From the NCBI GenBank assembly GCA_048013815.1, contig CM106585.1, forward strand, positions 20,274,001 through 20,338,000: a stretch of 64,000 nucleotides of DNA, in the 5' to 3' direction. Both the position numbers and the translations under genes were made by a program. Below, piece after piece: positions 11,648-24,378 of the stretch. Below the pieces are notes generated by a model. That model saw only the letters and a list, made by a program, of their open reading frames with translations, was not told the origin of the DNA and did no database searches. This stretch comes from Setoptus koraiensis. Its lineage: Eukaryota; Animalia; Arthropoda. Every line of letters starts with the position of its first letter. Position 1 is the stretch's first letter.

Positions 11648-13003
11648 ATCGTTCGTTTCGCAGAATCCACACAGGCAGACACACTCACACACAACATGCA
11701 TCTGAATCTCTCAGCGCTCGTCGAGTCGGTTCGGCTCTCTCATTCGACTCTGGTCGTCAGCATAGGCGCACACACAGACGAAACGAAAATATCTATACTT
11801 TGAGCTTCCCTCTCTCTATGCGTTTTTGCAAGCGTCCAATTGCAAGCACAACCGCCTGTGTTCGATTTATGTGTGTGCTGTGTGTATGCGTATCTGGTGT
11901 ACCACATCTATACCAGCAGCGCTAATACCAAGCAGCAGCAACAACAGCAACGACGACGACGACGAACCTTACAAGCCGCTTACCATAGTGCGGTGCATGC
12001 ACACACACACACATTCGCATTGTCGACATTGCAATTGTTGGCAAACTAGACACTCAAACTCGACTGGCAACTCCAGCCTTAAAAGCATTGCCAATCGCCT
12101 GTGTGCAATGTAATGTATTTTCTCTAGCAGAACCGAGTGTGCAATTTACTATACACTCAACACACAATATACATGCCAGTCAGGCTGCCTGCCAGCAAAA
12201 AGTCGTTAGTCTACCCTGTACGATTCCAACGCACGACGTCTGGCGCTGCCTGCCTGTCTGTTGTTAGCACACACTGCGTTGCTGTGGCTGTTTCGTCGAA
12301 TGGAAACAGAATTCGACAATCGCCTGTTTCAATTGTGCGCTCAATGAGTGTGTGTGTGACTCACACAAACAAGCGACGCTGTCTGAGTGCGCTCGAATGT
12401 GTGTATGCACTAGACACACACAGTACGAAATGCGAAATGCGCTCATGTAGCGTCGCTGCTCCCGCCTGCTCATCTTTCGTATCGCCTAGTTTACCAATGG
12501 CAGCCAAATGAATTGTGTGTGTGTGTGTGTGTGCGTATATCTGCTTTTCCATCAACCGACGTCGTCGTCGTCGTTCTATCCGAAAATATACGACACACAC
12601 ACACACACACATGATCGCACTGGAAACACACACACTCGCTCACAGTCTGTGAGCCACAGAGTTGGAAACAGGCAAACTTTATTACAAGGGCAACGCACAC
12701 ACAATGCCTGACTACTATTCGGTGCCATGGTTTACAACTACGGCAAACTCAATGCAAGCACACTCAATGATTGCTATGGCAAACTTTTATTCGCTCTCTG
12801 CCTGGCCTGCCGTGAGTGGTGCGGTCGGCGTATGTTTGCCATGTCGTCGTCAGCGCCTGGCAGCCAGCAAGAAACTGGCGCCAGTAATCCAGATCGCTCT
12901 GTCCATGGTATCGCGTATTATTATAAGGCGACTGTGGCATTTTCCACCCACGGCCCACCAGTGCCTTTCGTGCACTGTTTGTTGCTCGCGAAAGCCTCCG
13001 CGA

Positions 13004-13023
13004 GCAGCGCTCCCTAGTGGAGA
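13004..13023 (+). promoter_or_regulatory. CTCF-like motif, copy 1
   Basis: GCAGCGCTCCCTAGTGGAGA; one mismatch to the CTCF core GCGCCCCCTAGTGG; 19/20 identical to 17623-17642. Confidence 0.4.
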
Positions 13024-14809
13024 TGGCTCAGTTTCATCAACATGCCATTATTAGGTAAGCGTCATCGTGTCTACATCGCCTGCCTATATGTGCTATTACA
13101 TGTAGTGCCACCATCTAACTATTATTATTATTGCCGTCATTACTACCGGCGTTGCACTAACACTCTAGTTCATTTGCTAGTCCTGCAGTTGTTGTTGTTG
13201 TTGTCGTTGTTGTTGCTACTAATATTGGCAATGTTGAGCAGGCAAAAAATAAAAACAACAACAACGTCGAGCTAGACTGCCTGGCCAAAACTGCTGATTT
13301 TCGCTGCTGGCATACTGCATGCTGCAATTAATACCTTACTGCCACCACCATCACCACCAATCCCAACCAAAAAGTAACCTTTGTATACTCTTTCGTTATT
13401 AATAATAATAATGACCATAAAGATATAATAATAATAATAATTTTCGTATGACATGACCAAATTTGCGCGCCGCCACCACATTACGTAACCTAATCCATCC
13501 ATCTGCTACATGAGGTAGGCATTGTTTTTCCCTCTCAGCGATAGCCTCAGCTGGCACAACAACAACAACGACAATACTACAGCCTGACAGTGATCCAAGA
13601 GCCTCTGACAACAAGCTATACATCGCCGAAACGACTGCCGGTTGCTAGTTGCTGTGTAGCCAACGAGATGTGCGTGAATGGATCAGAATGATACTTCAAT
13701 GATAATAATCATGTGCACCTAGAGATATCTGGGTCCCGTTTGAGAGGTACACCCAAGATTGCGCCAAAACAGTTCCCACATCCGTTGAAAAAGTACATGG
13801 AACCTCTTTTTGTTGTCTCTCAACAGGTTTTGTCGAACAATCTGTCCAGCTCCATTATCACACTTCGAGCAGACCGATTTTATCTTTGAGCAAACAAACA
13901 CAAACCAATGCCCTGATACTTGGCTCTGACCGTTGAGGGATTACAAGTAAATACCTAGACGCTTACAGCGATATCTGGCCGCTTTTCATGCCGTAGGCAT
14001 TGGGCTGGTGTGTCTCACGTACTCATCACAATTATGTGATACCGTGACGACGAGGTAAACACGGATAGCACCCGAATAGTTGCCAGATTTTCTATTAATC
14101 CTCTCCTGGGAAGTTGCGCGATGAGATTTGCCGTTCTACGCAACCAGGTAGCTTGCACGTCATATGACCCATGTTTCACCAAACAGGAGGGATGCTAGTC
14201 AGCTATTTTTGCGGTCTCTTCTAGCGATGTTAATTACGCTTTAAAACAGTTGGTAGTAGATGCCTCACGATACTCTTGTGGTTGAGCTTCAATGAGCTGT
14301 TGCAATCTAATTGTGGTACGTGGTCTTGTCGAATTAAACGTGTAACTGGGACGTGCAAAGGCACTTGTTATTTTGGTTGCAGCTAAAAATGATGTAACAT
14401 CGAGTCGGTCCTGAGGGTGGCCAGTAAGATTATGGAACCCGACATCGGTGCAGAGTGACATGTGTTGTGCTTGTAGAGACAGCTCGGAGACGCGAAGAGG
14501 CAAGATTTTCGCCGAGAGCATTAACGCCATCTAGTTGACGATGCTTCTGCTGTTGATCGGCCGAACTCGAAAGAACAGAGATCCAATGGAAACCTAGCGC
14601 GGATTTCAAACTCCGAATTCAAACTTTTTAGTTCGAACTTTGTAGTTTACAGTTCGCAATTCGAAATTATAACTTCGGACTCGCAATAGTGATCTGAAGT
14701 GAGGAGCGCGTCCCCTGTCCATCTCGGATTGGGAGGCCTTCCCTCATGCCCATCCATTTCAGATGGCTCTCTCAATGCTCCTCAATTCAGTCAGCATTGT
14801 AAAAAAACG

Positions 14810-15195
14810 AATAGACCGTTCCCAGTTCGAAAACAGGGAGAGTCGGAGGGCAGGCGGCAGTAAGACTGCCCGCGTCCGACATTGATGCGGGAAGGGTGGG
14901 AGCGCCTCGCGAAGAGGACGCCTTCCCGCCTCTCTTGATCCTTGCCGCGAAATTCGGAGTTAGAAAAGAAATTATTTTCGCTGATTCGAAATCAAGGTGG
15001 AACTTTCTCTGTCGCACCTCGGCACCGTCAAGATTTGAATTTGTTGGGAAACCTTCATTATGTGATCGCATAATCTGGCTGTAGGCGATATTCAGCCAGC
15101 GACCCCAACCAAGACACGAAAAGTCAGCCAACATCGGTAACTGAGAACGCGAAGAGTCCCTGGTTAAGACTTATTCTAGCCTAATCGGTCATTTT
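14810..15195. ncRNA. Candidate structured non-coding RNA, family unassigned
   Basis: At least six local helices, two multibranch junctions, complementary ends (14810-14820 with 15183-15193) and an oligo-T beyond the closing helix on either strand (T4 at 15192-15195 on plus; T7 at 14801-14807 on minus). Confidence 0.5.
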
Positions 15196-15429
15196 GTCCT
15201 CCATGCACCGGCAACAATCGGCATTCTTCGGTGTTGAAGTTTACAGGAGAGACAAAACTCGCGTGTAGCACAGCTCAGCTGTGCTATGGTTATGAAAATC
15301 CCTTTTTGCAAGATCATTTTGCACTTCGACCACGATCATTTTCTAGTTGATTACAACTCTCATAATGCCAATATCAGCAAACATTTAAAACAATACTATT
15401 CTAAAAGTACCTCAACTATTGTGCTCGAC

Positions 15430-16701
15430 ATGAGTGGCACTCAGGATGCGATGAAAACGGATGAACAAGCCACTTATGAGGCCACTGTCATTACTGGGCT
15501 GGAGTTCATAGCTGTTAGTGAGAGCAAATTGAAGCTGGATGCCGATGCTCGCGAATCTCAAGGTAGAATTGTATTTGAATCAAATAGACAAGTCAAAGAA
15601 ATAGTGCAATTGAGGAGTATTAATAATTTATATGTTATTGTCTATGACACAATTTTCGACCAAAATGCTCTTGACGCCATCGACAGCGAAAAAAGTTTGA
15701 CAACGTATTTCAAAGAGATAGTTCCTAAATGCGACTGGACGACCGGATTGAAGAAATGGCTTCAAGTGAGCGACCATCCTTGCACTTTAGACGATATCAT
15801 TGACCCCGATAAAACAAAATCATCCGTAAAGCCGAAATTCAGAGTATCATGTTATCGTTCGGGGGAGAATCATTCATTCACCTCACCCCAAGCAGCATGC
15901 TCATTAGGTGGTGTGATAAATGACACTTTCCACTGGCCAGTAACAATGAGAGAATTTGATATTCAAGTCGTCCTTTTCATCAATAAGTTACACTTATACA
16001 TTGGCATAACGTTAACACCCGAATCCTTATGCTGTAGGAACATAATCGCATCAGGTATTACTACACTCAGGTCACCCACTTGTTACGCCATGTTGAAGAT
16101 GGGTGAAATACAATGTGGGGACATTGTAGTTGATCCTATGGCCGGCACCGGTGCTATACCTGTGGAATGTTGTGCAGTCTGGGGCAAAGAGCCGGACTGG
16201 TTCACTCACGTTCTGGTAGGAGAATTGAATGAGCAATCCTTAGATAAAAGTAAAACCAATATGTCCAGTTTTCCTACACATCCTAAAGATCTCATCAATC
16301 TGGATGCAACAAAACTACCCTTCTTAGATGGCTCCATAGACTTATTTGTTAGTGATATACCATTTGGGCGGAGACACGGATCTAAGAAAATCAACAAGAC
16401 CCTATATCCATCTGTGCTACTTGAGATGGCAAGATGCGCTAGAGTCAAGACTGGTAGAGCGGTTTTATTGACTCAGGATAAAAAAAGCTTCCACCTGGCT
16501 CAGAGTGTTTCAAAGAAACATTGGAGATTGAGATCAACTCAGTTTGTGAAGATAGGCAATCTCAACTGTCATATATTCTATTTGCGAAGGAACAATAGTG
16601 TATTTTCTGCCGATGTAACTACAGAAGAGATCGACACCTTAGGGGATGTTCCAGATTTAATTAGTGACAATCTAGAAGCTAGTTTGAATCTAGACACTTG
16701 A
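15430..16701 (+). CDS. THUMPD3: THUMP domain tRNA m2G6 methyltransferase, intronless
   Basis: YEATVITGLEFIA, KFRVSCYRSGENHSFTSPQAACSLGG (THUMP), TTLRSPTCYAML, VVDPMAGTGAIPVE (SAM motif I), VSDIPFGRRHGSK, GRAVLLTQD. The track start at 15286 is probably a 5' extension. Confidence 0.93.
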   Translation: MSGTQDAMKTDEQATYEATVITGLEFIAVSESKLKLDADARESQGRIVFESNRQVKEIVQLRSINNLYVIVYDTIFDQNALDAIDSEKSLTTYFKEIVPKCDWTTGLKKWLQVSDHPCTLDDIIDPDKTKSSVKPKFRVSCYRSGENHSFTSPQAACSLGGVINDTFHWPVTMREFDIQVVLFINKLHLYIGITLTPESLCCRNIIASGITTLRSPTCYAMLKMGEIQCGDIVVDPMAGTGAIPVECCAVWGKEPDWFTHVLVGELNEQSLDKSKTNMSSFPTHPKDLINLDATKLPFLDGSIDLFVSDIPFGRRHGSKKINKTLYPSVLLEMARCARVKTGRAVLLTQDKKSFHLAQSVSKKHWRLRSTQFVKIGNLNCHIFYLRRNNSVFSADVTTEEIDTLGDVPDLISDNLEASLNLDT

Positions 16702-17622
16702 AAGAATATGTAGACACTTGTTTTTTCAATCTTTTGATAATAAAATTAAACCTCTCATGTGACGTAGGTTTTCTCTAAGACTTTTCCCATTAAACCCGAA
16801 GAACGCTAGATTCGTATGGATTGGGCAGATTATATAAGTTATGGGTTGTATTCAGTTTGGTTTTCCATCTCGGGTCTTCATGATAAGTGAATTTTTCTTT
16901 GTCCCACTGGTAACTAAACTCTACATTGTTCTAGGTAATTGGATGTAACCAACAGATCATATCTGTTCAAGTTATGAGGGATGAGAACAAACTAATGTAT
17001 AGCGATTTAGATCTCGTCTGAAGTTGCATCGGCTGATTCCAGGCCGCTCTGAAAGCTTGCCTTCGCATTGCTAGACAAGCCCGATATCTCAGTCAATATT
17101 TCGCTTGTCTGTAGCATCGAAAACATGTTTGAGGCACGCCTAAAGTATAGATTCGTCGTGCTTCGGTCAACTCGAGGCTTTCGTCAGTGAGCGCTCCGAA
17201 TAAATACTCTATCAATGATCATGGATCGAACACCAATCAAAGCATATGAGCTGAATAGATGTTTCTATGTATTTGTAATGGCTTACATCAGCTACGTTGG
17301 TGTCCATAGATGCAAATTACATTATTCAACACCAAGCGATTCGAAACGAAGATAACGGTAGTTCCTTGATGCACCCAGCATTACTCATAATCGATTGCGA
17401 GTGCGTAACTGAACTATACAAGTGTGTGTGTGTGTGTGTGTGTGTGCAGCAGCAGCTTTTGTAGTGGAACGCTGTTCGTTATGCAGTCACAGAGAAACTG
17501 TATGACGAACACACACACAAGCACACATGATATGCTATAGTAACGCTGCTTGTGGGAAGAACTTTATTATATAATAAAATACATATGTATTAATAATACA
17601 CACTCACTTCTGTCTCTTGTAC

Positions 17623-17642
17623 GCAGCGCACCCTAGTGGAGA
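17623..17642 (+). promoter_or_regulatory. CTCF-like motif, copy 2
   Basis: GCAGCGCACCCTAGTGGAGA, ~230 bp upstream of the ZSWIM8 ATG. Confidence 0.4.
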
Positions 17643-17871
17643 CGTCTGATTTCTGGTAGCAACAATGAGCATTGGGCTAGATGTGAGTGAGTGATTGTGT
17701 GTTGGTCTGTTTGTATGTCAGCGTCATTGTGTTGGATTTTCTTGCTGCTTTATTATTGTTACTATTATTATTATTACTATTGATAACAATAATTATCATT
17801 GCAGACACAGTAATGATAATAATTATTATTCATTTCATAAAACTCTCTGACGTAACCACATAAAATTGACT

Positions 17872-20800
17872 ATGTTCATGGAGCCCGATGTTGAGCCAGG
17901 GGAACCATTTTGGGATAGGAATTCATTTGACGATAGCGATCGTTTCGAGGAATCAATTTGCACTTGGAGTGATCAGGAAAGTATATGCAATAATTGGAGA
18001 GGATGGAAGAACAATGTCAACACCGACAATAGTAATAATAACAACAACAGCACTAGTAATAACAAAAATAAGCTATGTAATCTACGTGGCAAAATTGACT
18101 CATTAGTTGAGCTTGCGGCACACAGAATTGCCTGTACTATTCCGTTTGGTGTTGTGGAAAAATTTGATCCACCAGTGCCAATAGATTTACAAATTAGAAT
18201 TGCTTATTGGAGTTTCCCCGAAGATGAAGAGGACATTAGATTGTATGCGTGCTTGGCCAACGGAAATGCAGAAGAATATCAGAGGGCCGAGATTCTCATC
18301 AAACAAAAATGTGTCCGAGAAATGTTGCAAATTGGATTTCATCTTAGTGCTGCTGTCTCGCCAACGGCTACTAATTCTGACACACACAAGGTGGCAATCA
18401 CTTTTGACAGACAAAGAATTATCTCATGCAGTTGCACTTGCGATTCTCAGGTGATATGGTGTCACCATATAGTCGCAGTATGTTTAAATAGAATTCATAA
18501 TCCACAGCAAGCACTCATGAGAGCCCCTGTCTCTGAGTCACTTCTCAGGCTTAATAGAGATCAACTACAAAAATTTGCTCAATATTTAATCAATGAATTT
18601 CCACAGCTTATTTTACCAACCGCTCAAAATTTATTAGACGATCTATTGACATGTGAAGAATCGCTCATGAACATCACTCCGGGCGCTCCCGATCCTACAG
18701 CTGGGGCAACCGCTAGTGAAACGACTAGTTGGTGTTTGGATAAGAGCCAAATACACATTGATATTAGGAAAATTTTAACAAAACAGCGCACAAATCAGTC
18801 TACTGTATATAGCGATGTCAATCATCTTAATTCAACCGCTCCTCCAGCGGCCTCAGAATACTCTCAACTATTAAGACCATTACGAGGAAGAGAACCAGAG
18901 GGACTATACAATTTTCTCTCTATAGTTCGTGAAATGTTACGGAAACGCGATCACAACTCTATCCCATTGTTAGAGATCATAACCGAGGAACTATTGGCTT
19001 GCGAGCAAATAATAGTGTGGTGGTATGAGACCAAAGTTTCACTGCACTCTGGTTTGACAAATCCCAGTCTGAAGAGCACTTATTCTTGCACGAATCAACA
19101 TGCTTGTAGTAGTTTATGCGATGAGGTAGTTATGCTCTGGAGGCTGGCTGCCCTAGATCCAGATCTCTCACCAGATGATAAACTAGTTCTTCAGAAAAAA
19201 TTATCAGATTGGCATCTTAAGATATTGGAGCGTCAAAACAATTCTATAGATAGTTCGAGGGGAGTAGAGAGACCACACAAGAAAATCCCTGAATTTTTTT
19301 CAGGTTTCAAACCAGGCCTAGAAGCCTGCTTAGTTGACTGGACCAACTGGCAAGATGATTTATCTTTTGACGCTCAAACAAATCGGCGACCCACCAAGCA
19401 GGAAGTTCATGCCAGCGAAAGCAGTCATAAGTCTCCCTCTAAAGCTACTAAGAAGAAAGCCAAATCCATCAAAGAGTCCTGCAATGAAGAACCTCAACCG
19501 AGCACTTCCACGCCTGGTGAAAAAGCAGATGATTTTAGTATTTATTATTATGCGTCGAAATCAGATAATCTCATCAAAAATGTTGGAAAATCCACCTCTG
19601 AAGCAAAATCGGATGATCCAAAAGATGCAATTCGTCTCAACATGAAGAAAATTAAGGATCCTCTGGAAAATTTGTTTTCGAAGGCGGAGGGTTTGTACGC
19701 GCATGGCTTCACAAGAGAGGCTAGCTCACTCTCTGTGAAACTGGCCCAGGCAATTCTCAACCAAAATAAAGATAACGATGAGAAAACCACTCTTCCCAAC
19801 CTGAATTTAGACACTTATTTGCTGAAAAGCAACAAACGATCAAAGAAGAGTTACATAATGAATCAATTGAGCCTGAAGGCTTCCGACACACTGAACAAGG
19901 TGGCATTCTTATGTGCTGTCTTAAGTGAGAACCCCGAACATCATAATCTCGCTTTTAGAATTGGGTTTTATGGACTTGAGTTAGACAGAGGACCAGCATA
20001 TACCAAGGCCCTTGAAGTCAAGCTTATAAATCAAGAGCAAGATTTGGTTTGCTTGCTGAAGAAAATTCCTTTGACATCCAAGGAATTGGACATTCTGCGA
20101 GAAAAATCTGAAGAATTGTGCCAAGGAACTTACAAATCTAAATGTGACGCTCTAAAACCACTAATGCTTGCTGGTTACATATTCGACGCGTTTGTGCTTT
20201 CACCATCTAGCCAAAATCGAGATAACTACAACTCAAGCCAACAGCAACCACAGCGAACTGCAACTGAGTCTTCGAATCGCGAGTATGCCAGTTACAGACA
20301 GCATCCACCTTTGCGCCAAGCTTCAATATCTTCCATGTCATCTATAGGGGAATTTTCATATTGTTCCTCCATCAACCCTAAAGCTGGGAGTCCTCTGCTG
20401 GTTTGCGACAAGCTTCCTTCTGACAAAATATTAGGCTTCGAAGCTGCTGTGGCTGCTATCGGATATAAAATGAATATATCTGAAGCCGAGCACCCTCTTC
20501 TATGCGAGGGTACTAGGCGTTTGAGAGGCGAGCTGGCTCTGCTTCTTCTCGTTCACTATAAAGACGATAAAACTAAACTTGACCTCATCATGGATAAATT
20601 ACTTGACAAAGATGAACCTGTCGATGACGTGGCTTCAAATTTTGAGAATTTGAAAGTTAATGTCAAGAATGAATCGGCACCATCAGCAGAGCCTGAACCA
20701 GAAACATCGTTAAATGAACAATCGGCAGCGGATGGTAGCACAGCATCTTCGAATAGCTACAACTCAACCACAAGTAGGAGGGGACGACGAAAATTAAATG

Positions 20801-22805
20801 CTGCAAACGCACCCAATCAACCCTCGGAGGCCTCCGCTCACTTCATGTTTGAATTGGCAAAAACAGTCTTCGTGAAAGCCGGTGGTAATAATGCTTCAGC
20901 AGACATATTTCACCCCAACATTATAGGAATACCAAGCTTACGCTGCGTACATCGCAGCTTACATATGAGCTCCTTGAAAATCGCACTTTATGCTTTAGGT
21001 CTACACAATCGAACATCCACCAATTGGATGTCAAGAACGTACTCATCGCATGTAACTTGGATCATAGCTCAAGCTCTTGACATAGGTCTAGAAGCAATCA
21101 AGTTCCTGCGTGAAACATGGCAAGGTTATCTTACACCAATTGAGGCAGCAGACTTGGGCGATCGAGCTGGATTGCAAAGAGATAGTGAGGTTCAGCGTAT
21201 CGCCGCCGAGCTAGCTTTGTCCTATCTAGATTATTCACATGCTCTCACCTTGATTGAAATCAAAAAGGCGTTGGTTCGATGCCAAGAACAGAGCCCTGAG
21301 ATGCTGGAAAAAGCATGTATGGCCATAGAGAACTCAAAAAAGGTTGGCGAAGTTTCCTCAGATATCTTATTCGAGGTTTCTCGTAGGTGGTACTCGATGT
21401 ATGAAGAAACATCAGCTGCTCTAAGCAGCAACAAGATACCACAGATACATCATGCGGTTACATCATCTGATTCATTTAACGAATCTCAAACTAGAAATGA
21501 TAACAGGGCATATGCTAAATGGAATCAACAACATAGCGATGGAAATAATGGACAGTCATCGAGCTCTCACTCATGCAATCCTAATCACCAGATCGCTCAC
21601 CATCATGGATCTCACCCTCCTATAGAGAATGGTCAAGAATGTGTCGTTTACATAGATAGACTTAGGCCTATGCTATGCCCCAACGGATTACACAATGCTA
21701 ACACTGTTGAAGCCAGAGCGCCGCTCATCAATGCACCACAGACTATCCGATATTGTCCCTCAACGGTACCTCAGCAACCATTTCACTACTACCCAACTGT
21801 TTACAACTTAGACCCAAAAATGATGCCTGTTAATCACAATTACTACCAAAACCAGCTGATGGACCACCACTCTGCTCAATCAAATTCGCACCCTTATAAC
21901 ACACAGCATTACTTTCCCCATATATTGAGGCCACAACAGCAGACTATACATTACAGAATGGCTTTAATGCAGCCTAATTCATACTTCTATAACACACCGG
22001 GCATGACACCACCTAATCCTAATTATGGCTATTATCCACAGTATAACAGTAATATCCAGCATCCGCATTGTACCTTCACAACCAGACCCCCGGCTCAGAG
22101 TCACCATTACCATCGGCAATCAGTTCCACCATTACAACTAAACGAAAAGCAATTGGGTTACCTGCAATCGTCATTTCGTGTAGGAATCAAAGCTATGGAG
22201 CTGATTAATTCTGGTCAAGAGTCAAGAAATAAATATCAGACCAATGAAAAGTATAAGGAAGATGTCAAATGGCTTCTAGGTGTATCCAAACTTCTCGGTG
22301 AGTTTAATTTATATTTATACCTCATTGAACTCGTATACTCGTATATTTGAGTCTATCCTCTTGATTCTAACTTTGATCCTCTCTATATACAATTATCACA
22401 ACCATTTTCATAGGATCGTCATACATGAAAGAATTTATATCTTGTGCGATCAAGAATATTACCAACCCCCTCGTATTGGCTGACATTGTGGAGTGCATTA
22501 ATGGATCTGAATGTAATCTTAATGACAATCTGAAATCAGCGATGATGGGACTGATACAAAGTTGTCAGCAAGCTTTCACACCTTACGTTCAATACAAAAT
22601 CAAGCACTTTCAGTTGACGAAATCCTCCACCGATAGTGAAAGCGTACTAAAAAGAGCGAGACCTATATTTGAGATGACTGTTGATGGTATGGCTCGTTAC
22701 AATGAGTTGAAAAAACAAATAGAGCGTCCTAGGAAAAACTTTAAGCAAACTGGAAAGCAGAAACAGAATACAAATTGCGTGTTCCCTCACAGGATTGAGG
22801 CATAG
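17872..22805 (+). CDS. ZSWIM8: ZSWIM8/Dorado/EBAX-1 cullin-RING substrate receptor, ~1605 aa; join(17872..22297, 22414..22805)
   Basis: DRFEESIC..NWRGW N-terminus, BC/Cul2 box SLVELAAHRIA..PIDLQIRIAYWSFP, SWIM finger CSCTC..WCHH, PAYTKALEVKL, HPLLCEGTRR, APNQPSEASAHFMFELAK, WMSRTYSSHVTWI. GTGAGT..TAG intron 22298-22413 (116 nt) restores the frame. Confidence 0.95.
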
Positions 22806-24378
22806 TGGTCACAGAAATATATACAATTCTGTGTATCTCAGCCATATTAATTATTAATTATTAGAAGCCCTATTTAAATTACGACACACACTCATAACTC
22901 AATCTTCAATTTTATATGACCAAGCTTATTTGGTCAGCGACTTGCTACCGGCTCTTGGTAACCAATTGAACGTAGCACGTTCGTATTATTATTATTATTA
23001 TTATCATTTTTAGGCATAATTAGACTAGTTATTAAAATTAATTTAATATATACTACAAACTATAGCATTTATATATTGATATTATTATTCGATTTGTATT
23101 TGAAAAGTAAATCAGTATTACAAACGCAGACTGTCACTGTGATATCTTTTGACAACAAAATGTAATCATAACATGGATTTTGAAACAGCACAACTTTGTC
23201 AGAATGTGAAAGGCTTATGAATTGATGTTCTTACAGAATTTAGAATAAAATTCAATTTTCGAAACGGACCCGTGTGATTTAATCAGCGCTCATGCGAATT
23301 TTTAATCTTCACCGCGCAATTTTTCGCGCAATAGCCAAATAGGTTTCAATTTGATCCACGACGTTAGGTTACACGAGCGATGTTAAGAGAGACTAAAAGA
23401 CTAATCAATTTAACATATTTACGCAGACGATAGCAACATAATGCTTTGTTTCAGCCCAAACTAGCAGAGGCTGAGCTTTCAGTGAGACTAGTGACAATAG
23501 ATGAGCGCTACAAAACTACTTCCGACAATATTTATACACTCAATCTCTTGTCAACTTTGAACATCTGCTCTCTGTGTAAACTCTGTGGAGGCACTGAACC
23601 TGTTGTGCTAGTTTTCACTACATTTATCCTTGAGATACATTTCTCACATACGACTATATTAACTATGCCAGACACATCATGTGCGATCCAATGTTTTGTT
23701 ATTGAATTGTGGGTTGAACCAGCCTAACCCACAATTTAATAAACTGTCTTGGCAGTGAGATGCGTTGGCGTACTTCAATATGGCGAGATCAAGCCATCAT
23801 CAGTATTATATCGTCTCGTACAAACAACAGTAAAAGTTGAACTACCTCACAAGCGCAGACGCACAAACAAACTAGGCCCATATATGGTTATAAGTTTTGA
23901 ATGAGACGAACAATAATATTAATAAACTGTGCTAGTAGTGTTAGATTAGTAAGCTAGGTTAGTTTTTGACGACTATTCTGAATACTACAGATGCTCAAGA
24001 TAGAATGCGATTCTCAAGCCAACCGACTCTCACTGATGGTTATGTTGCATGATTTCCATGCACCATCTCCTCATATTCATTCACAAAGTATTATAGTGTT
24101 CAGAAGATATTCTCAGTAGCAGCAGCTGCAAAAGTGTTTTACCAACTAATCCCAAGCTGATCCAATTTGAGCCGATCCGAATCAGAGCGAACAGAAACCA
24201 AAGTTCAAAGCTGTTTTTGCCAAGTCAATGCTCCTCTAAACTATATCGATTAGCTCTCAGCACAAGAGAAAACAGTTTTCAATCTAATTTTTGATACATC
24301 GATTAGCATAAATCATAACTTAAATTTACTAACAATCACCTAATACTCAATTAATAACCACTTTCAAAAAGAGATAAA

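Noticed and set aside
11316-13623. Many 60-130 aa ORFs (ERTN, FVRS, CV, HT repeats)
   Set aside because: Translations of TTCG, CA/TG and CAA microsatellites on all frames; no family motifs.
13719-14530. Minus-strand ORFs of 98 aa and 60 aa
   Set aside because: No recognisable motif and no consistent splice path between them; left unannotated.
14810-15195. Firm assignment as RNase P/MRP, SRP, U3 or telomerase RNA
   Set aside because: Could not build P4 from CR-I/CR-V; no SRP helix-8 motif, no U3 boxes and no CUAACCU-type template. Kept only as an unassigned candidate.
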